The translations under genes were made by a program, and so were the position numbers. DNA of 64,000 nucleotides from Elusimicrobiota bacterium (lineage in GTDB: Bacteria > Elusimicrobiota > Elusimicrobia > UBA1565 > UBA9628), in the NCBI GenBank assembly GCA_016194705.1, contig JACQAZ010000015.1, positions 4,771-68,770 of the forward strand, written 5' to 3'. The notes beneath the pieces were generated by a model, which had not been told where the DNA came from, searched no databases, and saw nothing but the letters and a program-made list of their open reading frames with translations. Numbering within the stretch: position 1 is the first letter of the stretch; every line of letters begins with the position of its first letter. This document shows positions 1-8,225 of this stretch, piece by piece.

Positions 1-1862
1 TGCCACTGGTCGTAGCGCTTCATGCGCTCGCGCGCGGCGCGCTCGGACTCGGGGTTCATGTAGGCCACGAAGCCGCGGTAGAGCAGCTGCGCTCCGTAGT
101 CGGTCTCTTTCATGACCCGCGGCACGGCCCGGCGCTCGGATTGCGACATCCCTCGGCCGATCTCCTGCAGGGCCCAGGCGGTCTCCTTGAGGCGCGTCAT
201 CTCGGACTCGGTCAGCACGCTGTAGGAGAGAGCCGCGAAGAGCAGGTCCGCGTGTTCCGCCGGCACGAAGAGGAAGATCCGGAACAGGGGATCCTGCTGC
301 GCCATGAGCAGCAGGCGTCCGGGACCGAAACAATTGCGCACGTCCTGCTGGGAGACCCCCCAGGTCTTCTGGACCTTGTCGATCACGGCTTGATCGTCGA
401 CCATGTCGGAGAGCAGGTAGAGCGGCACGCCCGCCTGGTGGTTGCGGCGGACGAACTCGGAGAACAGCCCGAGGGCTCGGAGCCGCGGGTAGCGGTCGAG
501 ATAATACTCGAGGACCTCGCGCGTGCGGTGGGCGAAGTAGGGCAGATAGACCTTCGCGTTCGGAAAGCCCAAGCCCGAGAGGATGATCCAGCTCGAGGCG
601 ACGGTGTGGTCCCGCACGAACAGGCTGCGCTGGTAGCCCACGTTGTTTTCGAGTTTGCTCTGCGGGAGGATCCCTTCGCCGAAATTCCAAGCTCCCAGGC
701 AGGCGACGGCGAGGGCGCCGGCGCAGAGAGTCGGGGGCCTCAGGCCCGGGCCCGATTCGAACGCCTCGCGGGCCGCCAGGGCCAGCACCGCGATTCCCGC
801 GGCGCACGGCACGGTCCAAAAATAGACGCCTCCATGCCAGAAGGCGTCGAGAACGACGAAGAGGCCTCCCCAGAGGGCGAGGATCACGAGTTGGGCGCGC
901 CTGGCGGGCCGCCGTCTCCAGAGCCAGACCGACGCGCCGAGCAGAGAGGCCGCCAGAGCCCCCCCGCCCGCCACGGCCGGAAGGCGCGCGGCCCAAGGAC
1001 AGGCCGCGACGGCGAGCAGGGAGGCGGCGAGCACATCGGCGACCGGAAGCCCGCGCCCCGCGAAGAAGCCCAGCAGATGCGACCAGCCGCCGCCGGAGGT
1101 CGCGTGGACGTCGGCCGCCTCGGAGAAGAACGCGAACAGGCTGCGCGCGTCGCCCAGCCGAAAGGCGAGCGCGTAGGGCGCGGCGACGCCCAAAGCGAGC
1201 GCCGGCGCCAGCCACCAGGCCGGGCGCCCTCGTCGGCCGCGCCAGGCCGCCCAGACCGCCGCCGCCGCCATGGGCACCAGAGCCGCGTCGGCGGCGTGGA
1301 ACAGCACGCCGGTCACGAGGCTGCCGCCGAGCAGGCCGGCCGCCGTCGGCGTGCCCTCCTCGGCCAGGCTCAGAGCGCAAGCCCCCGCGGCCAGGGCCCA
1401 AAAGGTCATCATCATGTAGACCTGGCCCTCGGTCGCCCGGCTCCAATAGCTGAACGAGACCGCCAGCGCCGCGGCGCCCAAGGCCGCCAGCGCGCGATCG
1501 CGCGTGAGCCGAAAGAGGAGACGGAAATAGACCGCCGCGCCGAAGAGCCCGAATACGGCGTTGATCCTCTGGATCAGGACATAGGCGCGCGTCGGCAGCC
1601 CGACGAGGGCCAAAGCGTCGCGCAGGCCCATCACGAAGGGGTTGAAGAGCAGATGGCGTCTGTTGAAGACCTCCCGGCGCCATTCGTCGACGGCGCGCTC
1701 GATGACGCCGGAGAACATGATGCCGTCGAAGACGTACACCTTGTCGGGAAATCCGAGGTAGAGAGCCAGAAGGACGAACACGGCCGCTCCCGCGGCGCGC
1801 AGGAGCCACGCGTCCGGGGCTGCCGCGGGAGCCTGCCGTGCGTTGGGCGCAGCGACCTTCAC
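1..1862 (-). CDS. Polytopic membrane protein, GT-C fold glycosyltransferase-like (ArnT/PMT-like); partial, C-terminus beyond the window start
   Basis: Minus-strand reading frame open from a GTG at 1860-1862 to the window edge, so the ORF track did not report it. My hand translation gives many hydrophobic helices (for example AGLLGGSLVTGVLF, LAVSFSYWSRATEGQVYMMMTFWALAAG) and a C-terminal soluble region. The nearest in-frame upstream stop is at 1941-1943. The plus-strand 1530-aa ORF covering this region is its antisense artefact. Confidence 0.6.
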   Translation of the reverse strand, partial: MKVAAPNARQAPAAAPDAWLLRAAGAAVFVLLALYLGFPDKVYVFDGIMFSGVIERAVDEWRREVFNRRHLLFNPFVMGLRDALALVGLPTRAYVLIQRINAVFGLFGAAVYFRLLFRLTRDRALAALGAAALAVSFSYWSRATEGQVYMMMTFWALAAGACALSLAEEGTPTAAGLLGGSLVTGVLFHAADAALVPMAAAAVWAAWRGRRGRPAWWLAPALALGVAAPYALAFRLGDARSLFAFFSEAADVHATSGGGWSHLLGFFAGRGLPVADVLAASLLAVAACPWAARLPAVAGGGALAASLLGASVWLWRRRPARRAQLVILALWGGLFVVLDAFWHGGVYFWTVPCAAGIAVLALAAREAFESGPGLRPPTLCAGALAVACLGAWNFGEGILPQSKLENNVGYQRSLFVRDHTVASSWIILSGLGFPNAKVYLPYFAHRTREVLEYYLDRYPRLRALGLFSEFVRRNHQAGVPLYLLSDMVDDQAVIDKVQKTWGVSQQDVRNCFGPGRLLLMAQQDPLFRIFLFVPAEHADLLFAALSYSVLTESEMTRLKETAWALQEIGRGMSQSERRAVPRVMKETDYGAQLLYRGFVAYMNPESERAARERMKRYDQW

Positions 1863-2174
1863 CCTATCGTGATAGCAATTCGAGCAGGGTCTTCGCCAGG
1901 CGGCGCCGCTCGACCTCGTCGCGCAGGCGCACCTCCGCGCTCACGAAGCCGTCGCCGTCGCTCTCGACCCAGACCACCTCGGCGGGCAGATCCCGGAAGC
2001 GCTCGTCGGCCAGCACGAAGCTCAGCAAGACCCGCTCGTGGCGCGAGAGCCGGGTCTGCGTCGAGACGACCGCGCTCGCGGCGCAAAGCTCCTCGAGCCG
2101 CCCCCAGCCCTCGACGCGCCCCGACTCGGGCGGGAAGCGCAGCAGGACGGGCGCCTGGGCGCCGCGCGCGCGCC

Positions 2175-3329
2175 TCATTTGAGCCCGAGAATCGAGTGGC
2201 GGTAGACGCGCGCCGGTCCGGACTCCTTCGGGATGGTCTCGCCCACGCTCCAGAAGCGCTCTCCGTCCCAGGCCAGGCCGACGGGACGGTGACGGCCATC
2301 CTGGTATTCGGCCAAAGATATCTTTTCGACGGCCTCGTCGGGCCGCTCGAGGTTGTGGCGCACCAGCTCGCGGTTGCCCGCGTCGAGCGACCACAGGGAG
2401 CGCCCGTCCCAGACCAAAGCGGCTGGAGAGCTTCCCGGATACTTGTAGGAGGCCACGGTGGAGAGATCGGCATCCAGGAGATGCTTGTGGATCTTGTGCT
2501 GGCGCGAGTCGCAGGTCCAAACGTAGAGACCGTCGAAGGCCATGCCCAAAGTGTTGGGAGCGGCATCCAGATAGGTCTGAACGGGGGTGAGCTTGTCGTC
2601 CTTCATGCGGCGGTCGATGCGGCCCGAGGCCGAGACCGTCCAGACCGCGTCGGCCCCGAAGGCGAGCGCGACGGGCGTCTCGTCGGTGAAATGGACGATC
2701 CGGTCGAGGACCAAAGTGGCGGGGTCGTGCGAGTAGAGCGACTGGGTGTACCAGTCCGCGACCCACAGCCGTCCCGCGTCGAAGGCCATCCCCGCGGGAT
2801 GTCTTGTCGGCAGGTCCCAATGGTCCTTGCGCGCGAGCGCCTCCTGGCGCTGCCGCTGCTGGCGCTGCAGCGACAGCGTCCCGAAGGCCGCCGCGAAAAA
2901 GGCCAGCACCGCGAAGAAGTAGACGGCCGCGCTCGGCCGGCGCGGCATCCGCGCGACCGAGTACGCCGTCCCCGGCAGACGCGAGGCCTTCGCAAGGCAG
3001 GCCGAGAGCGCCTCCCGCGTCCACGGCGGCGCGACCACCTCGGCGGCGCCCGTGCGCATCAGGCGCACCGCGCGCGTCGCGTCGCGCTCGGTCAGCGCGA
3101 CGACGACCGGCATGAGCGGGGCGACCCTCAGGATCTCGCGCAGGAGGGCCTCGGCGTCGCTCTGCGGGGAATCGACGATCAGCATGAGCCGCGGCCGGCT
3201 TTCCCGCAGCAGCTCGACGGCCTCGGGCAGCCGGGCGACCCCGCGGACCTGGTGGCCGGCCTCTCCCGAGATGAGGGCGAGCGTCTCGCGGTCCGAGGCG
3301 TCGCCGCAGAGCAAGCCGATGGCGGCCAT
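2175..3329 (-). CDS. Response-regulator receiver-like domain + TM segment + β-propeller (glutamine-cyclotransferase-like repeats) protein
   Basis: 384 aa. N-terminal REC-like segment, a hydrophobic stretch (AAVYFFAVLAFFAAAFGTL), then a C-terminal region with repeated G.A.DG..LW blade-like motifs. Three nt separate it from the next minus-strand gene. Confidence 0.6.
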   Translation of the reverse strand: MAAIGLLCGDASDRETLALISGEAGHQVRGVARLPEAVELLRESRPRLMLIVDSPQSDAEALLREILRVAPLMPVVVALTERDATRAVRLMRTGAAEVVAPPWTREALSACLAKASRLPGTAYSVARMPRRPSAAVYFFAVLAFFAAAFGTLSLQRQQRQRQEALARKDHWDLPTRHPAGMAFDAGRLWVADWYTQSLYSHDPATLVLDRIVHFTDETPVALAFGADAVWTVSASGRIDRRMKDDKLTPVQTYLDAAPNTLGMAFDGLYVWTCDSRQHKIHKHLLDADLSTVASYKYPGSSPAALVWDGRSLWSLDAGNRELVRHNLERPDEAVEKISLAEYQDGRHRPVGLAWDGERFWSVGETIPKESGPARVYRHSILGLK

Positions 3330-3332
3330 GGC

Positions 3333-4709
3333 CTAGGGCTTCGGGGGCTTCGGGATCACGAACTCCGAGCCCTCCTGGGGGAGTCCGCGCTCGACCTTGT
3401 CGCGGTTGGCGTCATAGATGAGCTCCCAGAGGTTGCCGTCGCCGTAGAAGGTCTTGGCCATCGAGCGCAGTGTCTCTCCGGGCTTGACCACGTGGCGCTG
3501 CGGCCACGACGGCTTCTTGGGCGGCGGAGGAGGGCGGATGATCGGCGGCGCGCGCTTGGGCGCCTTGCGCGCCGCTTCGTCGAGCTCGGACTCCTTGAGG
3601 CCGAACTCCGCCTCCTCCTTCTTTCTCTGCAGCCCGCGGTATTCCTCGCCGACCTCTTTGACCCTTTGCTCGAGCACGCCGAGCTCGGCCTCCGAAATCT
3701 GGCGGTGGGTCTCCGCGGTCGCGGCCTCCTCGTCGGCCGCCTTCTTGCGCTCGGCGAGCTTCTCGATCTCGGACTGCAGCGACTGGGCCGAGCTCGCCGC
3801 CGAGCCCACGAAGTTGCCCGTAAACGACGGCGCTCCGAAGCGCCAGCTGGCGCTCATCTGGAAGCCGCCCCCGGGCCGGTGGATTCCTCCCGAAGGCAAG
3901 GTCATCGCGAAATCCAGGACCAAGGGGGAGAGGTTGAAGCCGAGCCCCCAGGCGAACTGGCTGACCCCGTCGAGCTGGAAGCCGCGCCCGGCGCGGACCT
4001 TGAGCATGCCCTCGTAGAACGACGCCTCGACGCCCGGGTAGAAATCCGTCAAGTTCTGGCGGATCTTGGTGTCGGCCGCGATGGTGAGCCACTTGTGCCA
4101 GACATAGGCGAGGCCGAAATTGAACTTGGGGCGCGGCTGCCCGACGTTGGTGACGAGGTCGCTCATGACGGCCGAGCCGCTCAGCCCGAAATTGCTGCGC
4201 GCCAGCACGCCGAAGTCGAGCCCCATGCCGAACAGGCTCGAGCTCCCCGGATGGCCTTCGTTGATGTTGAGGAATTTCCAGTCTCCGCCGACCTTGAGCG
4301 GCTTGGTCAGCAGGAGCTGGGGGACCTTGATCTCCTGAGAATAGTTGAACCTCAGCTCGTCCTTGTCGCCCCCGTTGAGCTGGCGGATCGACATGTAGGC
4401 GCCGCCGACCGTGGCCGTGTTGATCAGCTCGAAGGGGCGCATGTAGGCCATCGCGGCGTAGGACATCGTCCCGACCGGCGAGAGCTGCCGCCCGACGCTG
4501 GCGCTGGCCTGCGCGTAAGGGGTGTTGGCGGGCCCCCCCGGGTTGAAGAACAAGGCGTAGGCGTCGTCGGCCACGGCCGAATAGGCCATGCCCATGCCCA
4601 TGGCCTTGGCGCCCGGCGCGAAGTCGTCGAAATCGGCGGCCGAACAGGGCCAAGCCGCGGCCAGCGGCAGGAAAGCGGCAAGCAGGCGCGCGAATCCTCT
4701 GAGGGTCAT
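3333..4709 (-). CDS. Outer-membrane β-barrel-like protein with a coiled-coil segment and C-terminal LysM domain
   Basis: Signal peptide MTLRGFARLLAAFLPLAAAWPCSAA (start chosen at the internal Met; the ORF track start is 4757). Gly/aromatic-rich β-strand region, then a charged coiled coil (EIEKLAERKKAADEEA...), then a C-terminal LysM-like segment VVKPGETLRSMAKTFYGDGNLWELIYDANRDKV. Confidence 0.6.
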   Translation of the reverse strand: MTLRGFARLLAAFLPLAAAWPCSAADFDDFAPGAKAMGMGMAYSAVADDAYALFFNPGGPANTPYAQASASVGRQLSPVGTMSYAAMAYMRPFELINTATVGGAYMSIRQLNGGDKDELRFNYSQEIKVPQLLLTKPLKVGGDWKFLNINEGHPGSSSLFGMGLDFGVLARSNFGLSGSAVMSDLVTNVGQPRPKFNFGLAYVWHKWLTIAADTKIRQNLTDFYPGVEASFYEGMLKVRAGRGFQLDGVSQFAWGLGFNLSPLVLDFAMTLPSGGIHRPGGGFQMSASWRFGAPSFTGNFVGSAASSAQSLQSEIEKLAERKKAADEEAATAETHRQISEAELGVLEQRVKEVGEEYRGLQRKKEEAEFGLKESELDEAARKAPKRAPPIIRPPPPPKKPSWPQRHVVKPGETLRSMAKTFYGDGNLWELIYDANRDKVERGLPQEGSEFVIPKPPKP

Positions 4710-4760
4710 TCCGTGCGGATTATAGCTAAATAACATTACGCGAATATTACCAAGCAATAC

Positions 4761-4789
4761 TTGACTTATCCAACATCTCCTGCAATAAT
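4761..4789 (+). promoter_or_regulatory. Candidate σ70 promoter, probable leaderless transcript for the gene starting at 4796
   Basis: TTGACT (4761-4766), a 17-nt spacer, AATAAT (4784-4789), and the ATG at 4796 only 6 nt downstream. No Shine-Dalgarno sequence is present. The region is AT-rich and intergenic, between divergent genes. Confidence 0.45.
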
Positions 4790-4795
4790 CAAAGT

Positions 4796-5680
4796 ATGGA
4801 CGAGGCGCAGCCCCCCCCGCAGCGACGCAGCTGGCTCGCAGCCCTCCTGGTGGTCCTGGCGATCGGAGGCTCCGCGGTCGGGGTCTTCATCTATCAGCTC
4901 CTGCAGGGCAACCGCAAGTCGAGCCTCGACGCCTCGGGGTTCGACATCGCCCAAACGACCGACAATACGCCTCGCCCGACCTCGACGCCGGTCGCGCAGC
5001 CCCAGTCCAGCCTGGGAGTCATCAGCACCGGACTTTCGGGCATCCACTTCGGCAGGACCGCGGGCCCCGGAGGCACCCCGGCGCAGCAGGCCGAAGACGC
5101 GGCCTCGAAGGCCGCCGAGACCTTCTCGCAGCTCTGCGTCAGGAACGAGGCCAAGGTTCGGTCCTTCGCTGAGAAATACACCAAGCAAAGCCCGACTCTC
5201 CAGAAGTACGGAAGAGAGTGGATGAGCTACCCGGACCTCAAGAAGCTCAACGACGACTACATGCGCAACCACGACCCCATCGCCTTCCTGCGCGGCTTGA
5301 CCCAATCCGCGAACTTCCCGAAGCTGGTCAAGAAGTACGCGGGAGATTCCTCGATGCAGGGGTTCGTCCGCGACGGGATGAAGCAGACCCCTCCCGAGCT
5401 TCTGAACTCGGGGATCAGCTACATGAACAAGGACAACGTCGTCAAGCAGCTCGTCACCAAGGTCATGGAAAGTCTCGGGATCCCCGCGATGGCGCTGGGC
5501 GCGGCCCCGGGAGCGGGGCAGCTCGACCCGGCCAAGATCATGGGCTCCGTCCTGGGGAACAATCCCCAGCTCCAAAAGGCGATGGAGAGCAACCCCGAGA
5601 TCCAGAAGAAGCTGCAGAACAACCCGGGACTCAAGCAAAACCTTCAGGAAGCCAACCAACTGCAGCAGCAGAGCCGCTGA
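4796..5680 (+). CDS. Membrane-anchored hypothetical protein (N-terminal TM, Gln/Asn-rich C-terminal tail)
   Basis: 294 aa, with a TM anchor WLAALLVVLAIGGSAVGVFIY. No recognisable catalytic motifs. Followed by a hairpin at 5698-5719. Confidence 0.55.
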   Translation: MDEAQPPPQRRSWLAALLVVLAIGGSAVGVFIYQLLQGNRKSSLDASGFDIAQTTDNTPRPTSTPVAQPQSSLGVISTGLSGIHFGRTAGPGGTPAQQAEDAASKAAETFSQLCVRNEAKVRSFAEKYTKQSPTLQKYGREWMSYPDLKKLNDDYMRNHDPIAFLRGLTQSANFPKLVKKYAGDSSMQGFVRDGMKQTPPELLNSGISYMNKDNVVKQLVTKVMESLGIPAMALGAAPGAGQLDPAKIMGSVLGNNPQLQKAMESNPEIQKKLQNNPGLKQNLQEANQLQQQSR

Positions 5681-5697
5681 GCCGCCGGAAAAGCCAG

Positions 5698-5719
5698 AGC
5701 CCCGCCGCTTGGCGGGGCT
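5698..5719. terminator. Candidate bidirectional intrinsic terminator hairpin
   Basis: AGCCCCGCC-GCTT-GGCGGGGCT perfect 9-bp stem between convergent genes (4796..5680 + and 5759..6025 -). The T-tract is weak. Confidence 0.4.
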
Positions 5720-5758
5720 CTCCTCTCGAGTGAAGAAAGGTCTTTGGCTGTTTGCGGC

Positions 5759-6025
5759 CTATTTCGAGATGCTCAACGGCGGAGCCTGGCTGGTCGAGGC
5801 CGTCCCTGAACCGCCGCCCCCGCCGCCCCCCGTATTCGAGTTGGCGACGCACGTGTTGCCCACCTGGTGCGTGCCTTGTCCGCAAGTCAAGGTCGAAGTG
5901 TTCGTGCCGGGAGCAGGCTGGCTTCCGCCGCCGCAGCCGCCGCCGCTGCCGCCCCCGCAAGCCAACGTCCCCGCCAGGGCGAACGCGAACCACACGGCCG
6001 TCGCCTTAAGAATATTCTTTTTCAT
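5759..6025 (-). CDS. Small secreted Gly/Cys-rich protein, paralog A (C-x9-C GTHQ motif)
   Basis: Start taken at MKKNILK, preceded by a strong SD (AGGAGGAGG). Signal/lipoprotein-like N-terminus ending LAGTLAC. Contains the motif CGQGTHQVGNTCVAN. Its upstream region is homologous to that of paralog B. Confidence 0.6.
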   Translation of the reverse strand: MKKNILKATAVWFAFALAGTLACGGGSGGGCGGGSQPAPGTNTSTLTCGQGTHQVGNTCVANSNTGGGGGGGSGTASTSQAPPLSISK

Positions 6026-6146
6026 TGCCTCCTCCTCACTCGACATAGTTTACGGCCGTGGACCCATCCTGTCAATAGGAAACTCTGAATTTTATTGAAG
6101 TTTTACCAAAAGCGGCAAATCCACGAATTCCCCAGTAAAATACTTG

Positions 6147-6386
6147 CTATTTCGGCGCCGCGGCCTTTCCCGGCTTCGCTGGGTTGCTGACGCAGCGCTG
6201 TCCCTCTTGGTGAGTCCCCGGCTCGCACTGCATCAGGTCCTTCTCGGTGTACTCCTGCTGGGGCGCGCCGAGACTGGTCAGACGATCCCAGTTCATGCTG
6301 ACGACGCCCGCGTAGCCGAGGCCGGCCAGTATCGTCGCGGCCAGCATGCGCCACCAGAACGCCGCGGCCGATCGTTTTCTCGCCAT
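6147..6386 (-). CDS. Small membrane-anchored protein, paralog B (C-x9-C GTHQ motif)
   Basis: 79 aa with a TM anchor FWWRMLAATILAGLGYAGVV. Contains the motif CEPGTHQEGQRCVSN, which matches paralog A. SD GAGGAG. Its 5'UTR carries the GGNCCGTAAACTA..GTCGAG..GAGGAG element shared with paralog A. Confidence 0.6.
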   Translation of the reverse strand: MARKRSAAAFWWRMLAATILAGLGYAGVVSMNWDRLTSLGAPQQEYTEKDLMQCEPGTHQEGQRCVSNPAKPGKAAAPK

Positions 6387-6431
6387 GTCTCACTCTCCTC
6401 GACCGTAGTTTAGGTCCAGAACGCGCGGCTG

Positions 6432-7280
6432 TCAAGCCTCAGCGGCGCACAGCCGGCGATGCGTCGCCTCCGCGGCGAGCAGGCTCGCGGCGCACAGCAG
6501 CGCGCTGGCGGCGATGTCGACGAGGAAGTGCCAGCCCAGCAGCAGGGTCGACAACACGACGAGTCCGTTGAGCAGCGCGACGGGAACGAAGAGCCGCCGG
6601 TCGGCCGCGGCGGCGTAGGTCAACAGGATGGCCCATACGGCGTGGAATGAGGGCAGCGCCACCATCCCCCCCATGAGAGTCGTGACCTCCTGGAAGTGGT
6701 GGACCTGATGGAATTTCAAGGACGTCAACCGCTGCTCGGGTGAGAAGAGTTCGCCGGGGAGTATGCTCGCCGGCCCCGAACTCGGGAAAAGATAGTAGAA
6801 CAACCCTCCCACGATGTAGGAATACGCGACGGCGTAGAGGAACACCCGCGTGCGGCGGCGATCGAGGAAGAGATCGGCCGCCAGCGGCACGAGGAAGAGC
6901 TCGAGGTTCAAGGCCGGATAGCTGGCGCGCATCAGCGACCACAGCCAGGGGCGCGCGAAGCTCCAGGACATCGCGCCCGTGACGGAGACGCCAAGGCGCG
7001 AGTCCCACGCCGCGATGCGCGCGTCGATCGGCGAAAACGGCGTGAACTGGATCGCGCTCGTCATGACCGACACGGCCGAGGCGAGCAGCAGGAAGCCTGA
7101 GTAGTTGCGCAAGACGAAGGCCGCGCGGGCGTCGAGCCCGCGCGCGTACGCGGCGAACGCGGCCACCTCGAGCAGCGGCGCGATCAGGGCGATCGCGGGC
7201 CGCGGAAAATAGGAGATCCCCGTGAAGTGGAACCACAGCGCGTTGATCCCGATGAGCGCCGCCGAGACCGCGAGCATCAT
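6432..7280 (-). CDS. PAP2-superfamily integral membrane phosphatase-like protein
   Basis: 282 aa, polytopic. PAP2-like motifs LPSFHAVWA and GWHFLVDI. Confidence 0.7.
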   Translation of the reverse strand: MMLAVSAALIGINALWFHFTGISYFPRPAIALIAPLLEVAAFAAYARGLDARAAFVLRNYSGFLLLASAVSVMTSAIQFTPFSPIDARIAAWDSRLGVSVTGAMSWSFARPWLWSLMRASYPALNLELFLVPLAADLFLDRRRTRVFLYAVAYSYIVGGLFYYLFPSSGPASILPGELFSPEQRLTSLKFHQVHHFQEVTTLMGGMVALPSFHAVWAILLTYAAAADRRLFVPVALLNGLVVLSTLLLGWHFLVDIAASALLCAASLLAAEATHRRLCAAEA

Positions 7281-7316
7281 CAGCAGCAGGGCCCCCCAGC
7301 CAGCGGTCTTCGGGCT

Positions 7317-8225
7317 TCACAGGTGCGCTTGGAAGTCCCGGGAGATCATTCCCGGGACCCAGAATAGGTGCAGGATCGCCGTGTAGTGGCCCAACGGCAG
7401 CCAGACCTGGCGGCTGAGCGGAAAGGCCGCCTTGAGCTTCAGGGCGTTGGCCCTGGGCACGACGGTGTCCCAGCGCACGTTGACGAGCAGCGCCGGCTTG
7501 CCCGCGTTGGCCGCCGCGTAATCCGTCGGGTCGAGCCCCGCCATGGCGGGCCGAAGCGCTGCGGGATCGATGCGGGACCTGCGCAGGAACGGCTCGGTCA
7601 TCGAGCTGTGGCCGATGAGATCGGGAAAATCCGCGCCGCCGAGCATGAAGACGGCGTACTTCGGAGCCGGGTCGACCGAGTAGGCGGCGGCCGCGACCAT
7701 CGCCCCGAGGCTCACGCCGAAGAGCCCGATGCGGCCGCGGTCGACCTCGGGGCGGCTCGAGAGCCATGCCAGGGCGCGCCTGGCGTCGAGCGCCGATTGG
7801 CGGAAGTTGAAGGCGAGCCTCTTGGCCGTGCGCGCGAGGAAGACTTGGCCGCTCGGCTGGGAGGAATCGGGACGGCGGTGGAACTGGTAGGGCATCTCGA
7901 GCCAAAGGACCCCGAAGCCGTCGCGCCGGAAGCGCTTCATGAAGCGCTCCTCGATCCAGATGTTGGGCGCGGCCATGACCGGCAGCACGAGAATGCACGG
8001 ATGGACGCCGGAGGAGTCAGGTACAGAGTAATGGGCCCAGACGGTATCGTTGGCCGCAAAAGGGCTCTTGAGAGGGGATGGGAACTTGACCTCGTACTCG
8101 ACGCGTCCATCGCGGCGAGAGACCTCGCGCAGCTCGGCCCGGACCGGGGCCTTGGCGTCGTAGTCGAGCGGCGAGGACGGCGCCGCGCCGGCGGCCGTCG
8201 CGAGCAGGAGCGCCGCCGCGAGCAT
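7317..8225 (-). CDS. α/β-hydrolase (dienelactone-hydrolase-like), secreted
   Basis: Signal peptide. Nucleophile elbow GVSLGA (G-x-S-x-G). Abuts the upstream OMP gene (8225/8226). Confidence 0.75.
   Translation of the reverse strand: MLAAALLLATAAGAAPSSPLDYDAKAPVRAELREVSRRDGRVEYEVKFPSPLKSPFAANDTVWAHYSVPDSSGVHPCILVLPVMAAPNIWIEERFMKRFRRDGFGVLWLEMPYQFHRRPDSSQPSGQVFLARTAKRLAFNFRQSALDARRALAWLSSRPEVDRGRIGLFGVSLGAMVAAAAYSVDPAPKYAVFMLGGADFPDLIGHSSMTEPFLRRSRIDPAALRPAMAGLDPTDYAAANAGKPALLVNVRWDTVVPRANALKLKAAFPLSRQVWLPLGHYTAILHLFWVPGMISRDFQAHL

Noticed and set aside
141-4733. 1530-aa plus-strand ORF
   Set aside because: Arg/Gly/Ala/Glu-rich translation typical of the antisense strand of GC-rich genes. 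It overlaps three well-supported minus-strand genes (GT-C membrane protein, REC-propeller, OMP-LysM) and contains no recognisable motif.
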